Of a stretch of DNA of 64,000 nucleotides, positions 1 to 16,090 are shown one piece after another. Positions within the stretch are counted from its first letter, which is position 1; the number at the start of each line of letters is the position of its first letter. The stretch lies in NCBI RefSeq assembly GCF_009914755.1, contig NC_060931.1. One strand, given 5' to 3'. The translations under genes were made by a program, and so were the position numbers. Below the pieces are notes generated by a model. That model ran no database searches. It saw only the letters and a list, made by a program, of their open reading frames with translations, and was not told where the DNA came from. This stretch comes from the human T2T-CHM13v2.0 reference genome, Homo sapiens.

Positions 1-72
1 GGGTTTGCCGCAGTCCAGTAGGGGAACTAGATGCTTCATGAGCAGGAGGCTAGGCTCTGTATGATGAAAGGA

Positions 73-551
73 TATATTAGGGTTCTCTGGAGAAACAGAA
101 CCAAGATACATATTTATAGAGAGATTTATTATGAGGAATTGACTTAGTTGATTATGGAGGCTGAGAAGTCCTACAATCTGCCATCATCTGGAGACCCAGG
201 AAAGCTGGCGATGTAATTCCAGTCTAAGTCCAAAGACCTGAGAACCAGAGGAGCTGATGGTATAATCCTAGTCCAAGGGCAGGAGAAGATGAGGTGAGAG
301 GTCTCAGTTCAAGCAGGCAGGCAGGAAGCAAAAGGGACATATTACTCCTTCCTGTTCCTTTTGCTCTCTTTCAGGCTCTCAATGGATTGGATGATGAGCT
401 CCCACATTGGGGAGGGCAATCGTCTTTACTGAGTCCACCTATTCAAATGCTAATCTCATCTAGAAACATGCCTACAGACACCCCTAGAAACAATGTTTAA
501 TATGAGCACCCAGTGGCACAATCAAGTTGACATATAAAATTAACCATCCCA
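73..551 (-). mobile_element. MLT2B-type ERV-L solo LTR
   Basis: Runs from tattagggttctctggagaaacagaacc to caagttgacatataaaattaaccatccca, the reverse complement of the MLT2 LTR; aligns with the copies at 9923 and 59305/61560. Confidence 0.85.
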
Positions 552-969
552 GAAGGGTTGTTGAAGTTGTGACTTGGGGTTAGTAGAAGTGATGAGTTTG
601 GGTTGGAAATATTGAACTCAAGGGGCCTGTGGGACATCCCAGTGGCTACTTGCATCTGAAGAATCATGAGAAAATAGTAATTGATGAATCACAGGAGTGG
701 CTGAGGTCACCTTGTTAGATGATGTGGCATTGGAAGAGGCACTAGGCTGGAACTCTCTGAAGAGCAGAGTGTCAGGGATGGGCCAAGGAAGAAGAGGAAG
801 GAAACTGGAAAAGAGAGCCCAAGAGGTGGGGTCTGCTAGGAGAACACAGGGTCACAGGAGCCAATGGGATTGAGTGACAAATGCTGGAGAGAATTAATAC
901 AATAACTTTAAAGTATCCACCAGATTTAGCAACAAAGAGATATTTGATTTCCACTTTTGGGAATTCATT

Positions 970-2090
970 TTTTTTTTCAATGAACAAATACTTCCTGAAC
1001 ATCTGCTCATCCATGCCAGACATTACTGTTGGCCTGAAGCTGACATCCTACTAGGGGAGACAAACAGCAAACAAGTAAACCAATCGCTGGACAAGGTTAT
1101 TCTAGGCAGTGATAAGAGCATTTATGAAAATAGAACAGGGTGATGTGACTGTAGGTGATTGTTAGTGGGTGGGGATGACAGAGGAGGCCTCTCTGAGGAG
1201 GTGACATTTGATCCAAGTCTTGAATATCAGGAAAACACATTTGCAATAAAGATCCAGGTGACAAGAACGTTCCAGGTACAGGAAACAGCTTGTGCAAAGG
1301 TCCTACCTCAGTGGTTCTCAATCAGGGGCAATTTTGTCCTCCAGGGAACATTTGGCAATGTCTAGTGACATTTTCTGATGTCACAACCAGGGATGTGCTA
1401 CTGGCATCTAGTGGGTAGAGACCAGGAATGCCGCTAAATGTCCTACAGTGCACTGGACAGCCCCCCATGATGAAGAATTATTGGACCCAACATGTCATTA
1501 GTGCCAAGGGCGAGAGACCCTTCAGTAAATTAGGAACAAGCTTGGCCCGTTTAAGAAATAGAAAGGAGGTCAGTGTCTGAGAATCAGTAAGCAAGGAACT
1601 GAATGGTGGAACCTGTGTCAGAGAGGTAGGTCCCAGATGACAGAGGCCTTCTAGGACGTAGTAAGGGCTTTTTACATTTTACTTCCTGAAGCACCATAGA
1701 AAGCCATTAGAGAGTTTTAAGCAGGGAAATGACTTGATCTGATGTACATTCTAAAATGATACTATGGTTGCCGTCTGGAAGCTGGATTGTAGTGGTCAAG
1801 AGTAGGAACTGGGAGGCGATGGCAGTCATCAGGCGAGAATGGCAATAGCATAGAGTAGATAGTGTGAGAAGAATGGGATGTAAGTGGGCAATGAGGTAGA
1901 GCTGATGGGATTTTTCTGATGGATTGGGTTGAAGGTTGAGGGAAAGTAAGAAATCAAAGATTATTTCTAAGGTTTTGGTTTGAGCAAAGTATGGGAGAAA
2001 GTACAGTTCACTGTGATGAGAAGACTGGGCAAGGTCTGGACTTTAGAGAAGATATAAAAAGTTTGAAATGCATATTAGGGGCATCGTTAA
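970..2090 (-). mobile_element. L2 (L2a-like) fragment, interrupted by MER20
   Basis: L2 3'-end motifs (caatgaacaaatacttcctgaacatctgc; ggaggcctctctgaggaggtgacatttga; aagccattagagagttttaagcaggg). Boundaries approximate. Confidence 0.7.
1309..1522. mobile_element. MER20 hAT-Charlie non-autonomous DNA transposon
   Basis: cagtggttctcaatcaggggcaattttgtcc...ggcatctagtgggtagagaccagg...gagagaccct, ~215 bp. Confidence 0.85.
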
Positions 2091-2355
2091 GGTAATGGAT
2101 GAAGGTTTAGTCATGATCATGATTATCACAGTGCTGTTTGAAGTAGTTGTAAGCAACCTATTTATCCAATAATAGAGGGTTAATTAAATTTGGAATCAGT
2201 ATAAAGTAATATCATAGAAATCTATTTATTAACATGGAAATATGATCACAATGCGTTATGTGAAAAAGATTATAAAATAGTATGCAGGGTATGAGCCTGT
2301 TGGATTCTTATTTCACTTTTTCTACCAAAATATATACTCCATGAAGTAACAATTT

Positions 2356-2692
2356 ATTTTTATTTTTATTTTTATTTTTGAGATGGAGTCTCACCCTGCT
2401 GCCCGGCTGGAGTGCAGTGGTGTGATCTTGGCTCACTATAACCTCTGCCCCCTGGGTTCAAGCGATTCTCCTCCCTAAGCCTCCCAAGTAGCTGGAATTT
2501 CAGGCACCCACCACCACGCCCAGCTAGTTTTTGTATTTTTAGTAGAGATGGGGTTTCACCATGTTGGCCAGACTGGTCTCAAACTCCTGACCTCAGGTGA
2601 TTCGCCCGCCTCTGCCTCCCAAAGTGCTGAGATTACAGGTGTGAGCTACCATGTCTGCTTTTTTGTTTTGTTTTGTTTTGTTTTTCTGGCCC
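2356..2692 (-). mobile_element. AluS, full length
   Basis: Dimeric Alu; 14-bp TSD tgaagtaacaattt at 2342-2355 and 2693-2706. Confidence 0.95.
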
Positions 2693-2719
2693 TGAAGTAA
2701 CAATTTGATGTAGAAGTGA

Positions 2720-3590
2720 AATTATAAAAATACTAGAAGAAAATATGTGTAAAGTTTTTGCAACCATGGTGTGGTAAAAAGGCTTGCACAGCAAGATATT
2801 AAAAGCAGACACCACAAGGAATAGATAGATACACTTGACTATGTGAAAAGTTGAACCTCTTGTTGGGTCAAACCTGTAGATTGAAGAAGACAAAAGAAAA
2901 CTGGGAAAAATTATTTGTGATCAGCATTATAGAGTTAATATTGCCATTAGCCAAGGAAATTTTGTAAATTGAGAGATGAAATAAGTTTATTTTTTAACCA
3001 GCAGATTGGCAAAGATTAAAAGATTGATAAGATCTGTTGCTGCAGAAGGTGAGGAAGAGTAAATTGGCACGGTCTTCTTAGAATATAATTTGGTACCATT
3101 GAAATTTAAACATGCTTATTCTTTGACTAAGCAAGACTACTTTGAACTATTCAGCCTACATTAAATAACTGTTCAAAGACATAGGTACAAGATGTGCAAA
3201 ATACTGCGTTGTTGGTAATGATAAAAACTCCAAAATAACACAAATATTATGCCACAGAAGTTACCTAAATAAATTGTAGGCCCTAACATGTGATAAAAGA
3301 ATATGCAACTCTTTAAAGAAATGACATCAATCTGTATGTCCTGATTTGAAAAATCATACATGGTGTTGTTAAGAAAATCAAGTTGCAGAACAGTCTGTAT
3401 AATAGGACCTTATTTTGTAAAAACCACTAAATAAAATCATATATTGGTAGATATGGTTATATGTGCTTAGAAAAAGCTCTGAAAGGCTTATACAAAATTA
3501 TTCAGTGTTATCTTCTCCAGGAGGTAGGATTGTGGGGGATTTTCAGTTCCTATTTTGTATCTTTTTGTATTGTTTAGCTTTCGTTTCAAA
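2720..3590 (+). mobile_element. Ancient L1M (L1ME-like) 3' fragment
   Basis: A-rich, diverged L1 ORF2 C-terminus/3'UTR-like motifs (agattggcaaagattaaaag; ctgaaaggcttatacaaaattattcagtg). Confidence 0.55.
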
Positions 3591-6500
3591 CATAGTGACA
3601 TTTCTAAATATGCTTGGTAATGTACATTATGCTGGTAATATAAATTATACAAAACATATTGGCATTTTGGCAAAGGTAGAATTAACATAATTATGAGTGT
3701 AAAATAAATTATGAGTGTAAAATTCTAGGCAGATGTCGAAGTCATCTGCCTAGAATTTTCACCATTGTCCCTTCATATCTTAATATCACAATACATGCAA
3801 TTAGATGATAAATGGTGTCTTATTATTTGATAAATAATTAAGTAAATATTACATCCTTTAGTTCCACTGTTTCCTGACACATAAATGGATGCATCAAGTT
3901 GTCACAGAACCCCTTCCTTAATGGGAGACAATCTTTTATAAATCTTTGGATGACACAGAAGCAGCAGAAAACACAAGCTACTGTTGATTTATGTAAGATA
4001 TGCAAAGATAAAACAAAGCAGAAAAATACTGAGTAAAGAAAAGAAAGCAGCTGTGGACTATAACATTCTACAAGCTCACTATGCCAAAAAAAAAAAAAAA
4101 AAGGTAGTACTGGATAAGGAATACACCTGTGTAAATAAACCATCTGAATCTCCTGTAATCCTGTATTGTTTTTTAGTGAGATACCTGTTTAAACCTACTA
4201 AATACCTATGAAAATATGCATAAAATTTATATATGTATATATTTTAAGTAGTACATATATGTGTATATAGTGTATATATGAATTCAAATTCATTCAAATT
4301 TGCATTCTGCAATAATGAAGAACTCTAACTCACACGTTGATGTGTGTGTGGTGTGTGTGTGTATTCTCTGTGCATCTCTTTCTCTTGCTATCTACACATA
4401 CAGATATGCACAGAAGGTTATCTAGGCCTACATCAACCTGCTAACCATGGTTGACTTGGTGTGGATGAGTTTATTAATTTTATTTTTTAAATGTTCATTT
4501 TAGCTGCCTGAACTTTTAAAAAATTTTCTGTGATAAGCATATTTGCTTTCATCATATGAAAACAAACCCAATTATATATGTATATTAAAAAAAGAAGAAA
4601 GTAAATAGATGTCAATAACCTTTTCCGGAGATGTCATGGGTGGAAGTGAGGTGGCTGTGGCTTAACCTAAATGGACGATGATCAAGTAGTGGCAGGGAGC
4701 ATGGAAAATTCCTTTAATAGTCTTGCATGAGGGTGAGGAAAAGGATCAGACAAAGCTAGAAGTGGACATAGAGTCCAGCAATGGAAGGCTTACTCTATGT
4801 GTAAGAGGAAGTCTGGAACTCCAGCACTCCTGGTCTGTTTTCTGCAAAGCAGTCTTACTTTTTGTCTTCCATTTTCCCTTTCATCTGCTCAAGACACTGT
4901 CATTTCTGTGGCTCCTCTTATGTAAAAAAAAGTTTGGAATCACATTAGGTCACAATTGCAGTCTCAACTAATTAATTTAGAATTAAGTCTAATTAATTCT
5001 AAATTAATTAAGTCTACTCCAAGATAATAATCAATTGGAACTTGGTTTAATGTTACCTCTTCTCTCCTCTCCCCAGCGGGCCTCTTGCTGTAATGCTGGG
5101 GCTCTCAGGGTCCTCCTCTCTCCCTCAACCTCACCTTTCTTCTCAGTCTGGGCTTGTTAACTGTGCTTCTCCCACCAGGGTCAGAACAGCAGGAGGGATG
5201 CAGGTGAAGCTGGCTCTGTAGCAAGATGGCTTTGCCTTCTCTGGGCCAGCAGATGCTTATAGCCAACTATCTCTGTACATTTCATGGATTCCTTGAAGAT
5301 TTGCCTAGTGAGCCCTTCAAACTGCACCTTCCTAGCTGGCCTGTTACACTTGATCCTCCCTCAGTCCTGCCCTCAAGCTCTATCCACCAGAATCACCCAG
5401 AACCCCTGACTGCTGGGGTCCCCTCTTTCAGGTAGCCTCTCCCTGATCAAGATTCTTACATTTGCTCCCTGGGAGTGAGAGAACTTCCTAGACTCTATCC
5501 TCTACCCTGCAGCCACAGGCTGCTCTGATCTTCTCAGGCACGGTCTAGATCCCAGTCCCTCCAGCCCCCCAGCTGCAGGGGGCACATATTAATCTTGCCA
5601 AGTGGCCCCATTAAAGCTTTCTCACCAGCTTGAGGTGAGGGCAGACATCCCTTTCATCCTTCCGTCCTTTGGGGATAAGACACACAGCATGCTAGTGGCT
5701 CTGCTCAAAAATCCTCTCTCAGTCCCCTCTCCTTGGACCCTTTTTGTCCTCCATGTGAATGAGAGAATTTAAGTCATAATACTGGTTCTTGGTTGTGCTG
5801 TTCTGAAATTTCACACCTGGTCTAGCAGGTGTGAAAACACCCTTTGGAATGCAGCAGTTATTACGTTTTGGTGCCTTGGTCTCAGCTTCTTACTTAACAT
5901 TCTGTTATATGCAAATGGTGATGAGCCAGCACCAATAAAGAGGGGGAAGCTGAAGATGCAGGAGATGGAGACTGATGAAGTTGAGGTCTGAAAATTGGTG
6001 AAGGAATTGGCCAAGAGGGAAGGAGGGGCCTATATTCCACTGGGGCAGAAGTGATGGTAGAAAGCAATTTTTAGATTAGAGGAGGCAGGCAGAAAATGGA
6101 TAGAGCTTCCATCTGAGGATTTCTATTTTCTCCATGAAACAAGAGGTCAGAGGTTTCCTGAAGCACAGTGAAGAGGAAAACTCTTGATTGAATTGTTCTG
6201 AATCATTTGTATGATGAAATTCTGAGGGAATTTTCAGCCCAGCTGAAGGTTGTAAAACCCACTCCAATGGTGTAGGCTGCTGAAAGGGCTGAGTTCCCTC
6301 TGCATCAGGAAAAGTCTAGATTAATTTTTCCTGGGCTGGCGGGAGAGAAAAGATGAGATGTACAAAGACCAAAGAAAGAAGGGTGTTACATGACAAAGGA
6401 AGATCAGAAAAGCCCAAAGATAGTCAGACTCCCTGGGTTACAGTGGAAAATTTTTATCTTTGCAAATAGACTCAAACTTCAGGTTTGAATGTCCTGAGAC

Positions 6501-6741
6501 ATAAAAGCCCTAACTACACACTAAGCAGCACCCAGCTGAATCCCACAGCTCAAAAGAGGAAGATGATACGAAAGAGAAGTCCTAATGTGGTTCTGCAATT
6601 ACTGACAGGTTTCAGGGACTGGTCACAGGGAAGAATGAAGTTCTTTGGGCTTATTCATTTTCAGAAGCCACAATCTCAGAACCTCTGGTTTGTTCAGTTA
6701 TGGTTAGACTCTCTCAATTTTGCTTCAGAGGAGAACACTGA

Positions 6742-7065
<324 letters not shown>

Positions 7066-7283
7066 GAGAATGAAATTTTTCTATGTCACAAACCTCTATA
7101 TCTATTGAATGGCAAGGGCAACTGGGACTCTGTTTAGTTGGTATCATGTATGAGCAAATGTTATAACAGCTCCTTTAACTAGAGAGATAAAATTACAAGA
7201 ATGGAAACTAATATTTTGATGGCAATACAAGGCCGGGGGAGAGGGAAGAGAAATAGAAAGTGAAGCATAAGAAATTCTCTCAA

Positions 7284-7594
<311 letters not shown>

Positions 7595-7746
7595 AAATTT
7601 TCTCAAAACTCAACTGCTATTCACAATCAAAGGAAATTAGTAGAAATTTATGAGCTACAGTTTTAAGCAGGGAACCCTTCTTAGCATTCGCTAAGACAAA
7701 TCATGTGGATGAACTCGAATAAACCTAAATGACAGGCCAGTCTTAT

Positions 7747-8269
7747 TGTTACTGAGCCATGGGCTTTCCTCTTAACGTGCATAGAAGCCAATACTATGGC
7801 ACAGGCTTTTGAGAAAAGAAAAAGCTTTATTGCAAGGTCAACTGGCAAGGAAATTGGAGGCAACACTTAAATTCGTCTCCCCAAGCTGGGGCCTGAGAGC
7901 AGGTTTTACACACAGGGAATAACAATCAGAGACATAGGAAAATGCAACGAGGCATGATCTGATTGGGCCATGCAAAGAGGTGGTGAGGTGTCCTTGCCTT
8001 TTAAGTCTGTAATGCAGCAAAACAGGGTGCCCTTCTCTTCTTAATTTGATCCTCCTTCTTCAATCTGAGTTCTTAGGTTCCATATGTGGTTGATGTTTTC
8101 ACTCTGGCCACCTACAGGGTCACGAATTGGGCAGGCTTGGTTCATCTGGGTGTGCTCAGGTTATGTGACTTGAAAGCTGGAGGTCCACTGCAACTGAAAG
8201 CAACTCCTCATTTTGTTACATTTTGTGACTGATAGAGCTCAATCCCATTGGACCGATTCTGTTATTACA
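7747..8269 (-). mobile_element. ERV1-class solo LTR (MER4-group-like; exact family not certain)
   Basis: TG...CA ends (tgttac...attaca), perfect 4-bp TSD ttat at 7743-7746 and 8270-8273, AATAAA on the minus strand (tttatt ~7826). Confidence 0.75.
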
Positions 8270-9152
8270 TTATTAATATTGACTCTTAAAATGAGCACTT
8301 CTGCTGAGGATGGTCACCTTACGTTGTCCCCTCGATCTTTCAGTGATTTTTCATGGAGTTATGTGGTATTATTTACTGGGCCACTGAGAAGCCATTTTGA
8401 ATACTTGGGAGAGTGAAAAGTAATTTCTAAAGCGGAACTTGGGTTTTACTTCAGAACTCCCAGTCCTAGTCTTGTCACATTGGAAAGATCAGTGGGGTGG
8501 GACCCTGGCATTGTGATATTGAATGTATGTATATGATCTGAACGCAATTTTCTTCAAAGGGATCAAAATCTTCCATCTGAAAAAAGTGAAATGTGGTCTA
8601 GTGACTTTTTTCAGAGTCAGTATCTATCAGGGCAAAATCTTGAAGACAGTTGGGAATAAAGGAAACAAAACAGATTTCCTCAGTAAGATTCAAAGCTTTT
8701 AAACTGCGATCTGCTTAAAATGTCCTGTGCTAATTATTGCCCGGATTTGTTCAGCTGAGAAGCTTCTGAAGTTGGCTTGCTTGAGTGCGAGGTGCTCCAT
8801 TTTAATGTTGCAAAACCTCCTCAGTAACCACAAAGGCAACTGTTTATCTCAATCTTCACTTAAAACACCTGCTTACTGATACTTGATTATGTGTTTTGAG
8901 GCTTGTGATTGAGAGCCTAACACCTGGCTGATTAGACTGATGTTTGATCATGTTTTGAAAAGCAATTTTACTACTTAGCAAGCAGTTCTATGCTGCAGTG
9001 CATTAACTGGATTGAATGTCCAAAACTCTTAGTATTGTTTTTAAAAAATAACCATTACAGAATAATAGCTTGTTTTCATTAAGGAGGAAATGAACATACA
9101 AATTCTTACACTATTATGTAAGTGTATGATGCAACCCATTGTCCATTAAGTC

Positions 9153-9285
9153 AGTAGGTTTCAAAGTGTGGTACAAGGAGAACCTGCATGGAATTCCTAC
9201 AACAGATATCTTGAATTAGAATCTGTGGTGGTGGGGCCCATGATTGACATTATGAGCTAATTCCCTATGTGGAGAAATGCTACTT
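9153..9285. mobile_element. MER5-type hAT-Charlie MITE
   Basis: cagtaggtttcaaagtgtgg...gaattagaatctgtggtggtggggccca...gagaaatgct. Confidence 0.55.
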
Positions 9286-9534
9286 TAAGGGAAGACAACT
9301 TTCACCTGGATCCTGAAATAGACCAGGTAGCTTTCTGGGTAGAAACTTACAGCTCGGATCTGTGAAATCAGTCTGCGCTGAGAGTCGAGAGGCTTTCTGT
9401 CTTTTCTTCAGAGACCACTGTGCAGGTATGTGAGATCTTGTGTCATGGCTGGCTGGGTAGTGAACCCCTCTCCAAGAGCCTAGGAGGTGAGTGAGTTAGG
9501 CACCCAAGGTGGTGACAGGCACCCACTTTCCCCC

Positions 9535-9625
9535 TCTTCATTTTACAAATGAGAAAATTGAGGCCCAGACAATGGAAAGGATGGATAGAAGGTAGCGGAA
9601 TGTGGAGTTGAGGCCAGATCCCCTG
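9535..9625 (-). mobile_element. MIR fragment
   Basis: MIR core cattttacaaatgagaaaattgaggcccaga. Confidence 0.6.
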
Positions 9626-9714
9626 TCTCATCGTCCTCACTTATTGCTCTTGAGCCAAGTCACCAAAGGAAGAACTCTTTAGAAGGTGGGGCCCCAGGAT
9701 GTCTACTTTGGGTC

Positions 9715-9870
9715 CCTCCAGGGCCGCTCTCTGCTCTTTTCCCCTGTGCTGTGCTCAGGAGGCCGGCCTGCTGGAACTACAGCCAAGAGCTCCCTGCCCT
9801 CTGGCGTCTGGGTGGATTTGGCCAGTGGGAGGCACCACTGGGGGACAGGAAGAAGGAGCCCATGAGAGTG
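9715..9870 (-). mobile_element. LTR33/LTR16-like ERVL LTR fragment
   Basis: gctccctgccctctggcgtctgggtggatttggccagtgggaggcacc motif typical of this group. Confidence 0.5.
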
Positions 9871-9922
9871 AGCTCACCTGAAGGTACCACATGGGTTTGG
9901 TGACAGGAATAGCATGACTAAC

Positions 9923-10390
9923 TGTAATAGCCAGGGTTCTCATGAGAAGCAGAGACAAGAGGATATGCATATATGAGACTTATTGTGAATTGGCTTGATT
10001 ATGGAGACTATGAATTCCTATATCTGCCACCTGCAAGCTGGAGACCCAGGACAGCCAGTGGTGTAATGCCGTCTAAGACCTTAGGCCTGAGAGCCAAGGG
10101 GCAGATGGTGTGCATCCTGGTGCAAGGGCAGGAGAAGGATGTCCCAGCTCAGGCAGGTGGGCAGGAAGCAATAGGGGCAAATTTCTCTTTCCTCTGCCTT
10201 TTGTCCTATTTTGGCCCTTAACAGATTGGATGACTCCCACCCACTGTGGGGAAGGCCCATTTGCTTTATTGAGTTCACACATTCAAACAGTAACCTCATC
10301 CCGGAACCCCCTCACAGACACACCTAGAAATAATGTTTAATCTGGGCGCTGTTGGCCCAGCCAAGCTGACACATAAAATTAACCATCATA
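9923..10390 (-). mobile_element. MLT2B-type 3' LTR of an ERV-L provirus
   Basis: Homologous to 73-551; immediately preceded on the minus strand by a polypurine tract aaggggtggact (10391-10402). Confidence 0.88.
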
Positions 10391-10874
10391 AGTCCACCCC
10401 TTGTCAACTTGGCATCCATCGCATCTCCTTAAACCATACTTAATACCCAAATAAAGACAATATCAAAGGCCATCATTCCATCTAACATGATACACACCCA
10501 TCCTGTGTACAACTGAAAATGCACTAACCCCTTCCCCAGAAGAGGAGGAAAAGTCCTCGTGTGATGTTTGCTCCCCTCCCTATATCCTGTAACTTAGAGT
10601 CATGTGTCACTTAACAATGGAGATGCATTCTGAGAAATGTGTGAGGTGACTTCATCATGTGTGAGCATCATAGAGTGTACTTACACAAACCTAGATGCTA
10701 TAGATTACTACACACCTAGGCTCTGGGACAGCCTACTGCTCCTAGGCTACAAACCTGTGCGTCAGGTTATTGTATTGAATACTGTAGGCAACTGTAACCC
10801 AGTGAAAAGTATTTGTGTTTCTAAATATTTCTAAATATAGAAATAGTACAGTAAAAATATGGCATAAAAGATTT

Positions 10875-11275
10875 TTTTTTGTTTACCTTCAACAATTTTT
10901 TTTATTATACTTAAATTTCTAGGGTACATGTGCACAACATGCAGGTTTGTTACATATGTATACATGTGCCATGTTGGTGTGCTGCACCCATTAACTCATC
11001 ATTTACATTAGGTATTTCTCCAAATGCTATCCCTCCCCACTTCCCCCACCCCATGACAGGCCCTGGTGTGTGATGTTCCCCACCCTGTGTCCAAGGGTTC
11101 TCATTGTTCAATTCCCACCTATGAGTGAGAACATGCGGTGTTTGGTTTTCTGTCCTTGAGATAGTTTGCTCAGAATGATGGTTTCCAGCTTCATTCATGT
11201 CCCTATAAAGGACATGAACTCATCCTTTTTTATGGCTGCATAGTATTCCATGGTATATATGTGCCACATTTTCTT
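10875..11275 (-). mobile_element. Older L1PA5-7 3'UTR fragment plus 15-nt unique tag (probable 3'-transduced segment)
   Basis: L1 3' end with older diagnostics (ggtatttctcc, ccatgacaggccc, gtgtccaag, gctcagaatg); own short poly(A) 10896-10903; non-L1 gtttaccttcaacaa 10881-10895; terminal poly(A). Confidence 0.85.
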
Positions 11276-14083
<2,808 letters not shown>

Positions 14084-14399
14084 TAAAAGATTTAAAAATG
14101 GTACACCTATGTAGGGCACTTCCCAAGAATGAAGCTTTCAGGGCAGGAAGTTGCTCTGGGTGAGCCATTGAGTAAGTGGTCAGGGAATATGAAGCTCTAG
14201 AACATTACTGTATAATACCACAACTTTGTAAATACTGTATGCTTCATCTACACTATACTTTAGAAAAACATTTTTTTCTTCTATATTAACCTTAGCTTAC
14301 TGTAATCTTTTTACTTTATAAACTTTTAAATTTAAAAACTTTTGGACTCTTTAACACTTAGCTTAAAACATGCCTTGTACAGTTGTACAAAAATATTTT

Positions 14400-14628
14400 C
14401 TTTCTTTTTTTTCTTTTTTATTTAGAGATAGGGTCTCGCTTTGTCTCCCAGGCTGGAGTGCAGTGGCACAATTGTATCTCACTGTAGTCTCAAACTCCTG
14501 GCCTCATGCAATCCTCCTGCCTCAGCCTCCTAAGTAGCTAGGATGCAGGTGTGTATCACCATGCCCAGCTAATTTGAAAAAATTTTTAGAGATAAGGTCT
14601 CACTGTGTTGCCCAGGCTGATTTTTTTT
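14400..14628 (-). mobile_element. AluJ, 5'-truncated
   Basis: Diverged Alu right arm plus part of the left arm, inside Tigger3b. Confidence 0.85.
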
Positions 14629-15045
14629 CTTTACATTGTTATTCGATAAGCTTTTTTTTTTTAATATTACAATTTTTTTAACTTTTAAAACTTTTTTTGT
14701 TAAAAATGAAGACACAAATATACACCCTAGACTAGGCCTCCACAAAGTCGGGATCAATATCATTGTCTTCCACCTTCACATCTTGTCCCACTGGAGGGTC
14801 TTCAGGGGCAATAACATGCGTGGAGCTGTCATCTCCTCTGATGATAATGCCTTCTGGAATACCTCCTGAAGGACCTACCTGAGGCTGTTTAATAGTTAAC
14901 TTTTTTAAAAAATATAAATAGAAGGAGTATACTCTAAAATAAAGATAAAAATATAGTATAATAAATACATAAACCACTAACATAGTTGTTTATAGTTGTT
15001 TAGTATTAAGTCTTATATATTGTACATAATTATATGTGCTATATG

Positions 15046-16090
15046 TTTTTTTTTTTAAATTTTATTTTTCCATAAATTATTGGGGTACAGGTGGTATTTG
15101 GTTACATGAGTAAGTTCTTTAGTGGTGATTTCTGAGATTTTGGTGCTCCCATCACCCAAGCAGAATACACTGTACCACAGTTGTAGTCTTTTATCCCTCG
15201 CCCCACTCCCACTCTTCCCCGCAAGTCCCCATAGTCTATTGTATCATTCTTATGCCTTTGTGTCCTCATAGCTTAGCTCCCACATATCAGTGAGAACATA
15301 CAATATTTGGTTTTCCATTCCTGAGTTACTTCACTTAGAATAATAGTCTCCTGTCTCATACAGGTCACTGCAAATGTTGTTAATTCATTCCCTTTTATGG
15401 CTGCGTAGTATTCCATTGTGTATATATATACCACAGTTTCTTTATCCACTCATTGATTGATGGGCATTTGGGTTGGTTCCATGATTTTGCAATTGTAAAT
15501 CATGCTGCTATAAACATGCATGTACAAGTATCTCTTTCAGATAATGACTTCTTTTCCTCTGAGTAGATATCCAGTAGTGGGACTGCTGGATCAAACGGTA
15601 CTTCTATTTTTAGTTCTTTAAGGAGTCTCCACACTGTTTTCCATAGTGGCTGTACTAGTTTACATTCCCACCAGCAGTGCAGAAGTGTTCCCTGATTGCT
15701 GCATCCGTGCCAACATCTACTGTTTTTTGTTTGTTTGATTATGGCCATTCTTGCAGGAGTAGGGTAGTATCACATTGTGGTTTTGATTTGCATTTCCCTG
15801 ATCATTAGTGATGTTGAGCATTTTTTCATGTTTGTGGGTCATTTGTATATCTTCTTTTGAGAATTGTCTATTCATGTCCTTAGCCCACTTTTTGATGGGA
15901 TTGCTTGTTTTTTTCTTACTGATTTCAGTTTGTTGTGGATTCTGGATATTAGTCTTTTGTCAGATGTATAGATTGTGAAGATTTTCTCCCACTTTGTGGT
16001 GGGTTGTCTGTTTACTCTGCTGACTGTTCCTTTTACTGGCAAAAGCTCTTTAGTTTAATTAGATCCCAGCTGTTTATCTTTGTTTTTATT
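15046..16090 (-). mobile_element. L1PB (L1PB1-like) 3' fragment
   Basis: L1PB 3'UTR (ttattggggtacaggtggtatttggttacatgagtaagttctttagtggtgat); ORF2 C-terminal peptide [14 protein letters not shown] at 15500-15748. Confidence 0.88.

Noticed and set aside
3838-4211. Possible processed pseudogene before the A-run at 4087-4102
   Set aside because: No recognisable protein, no TSD and no convincing poly(A) signal placement.
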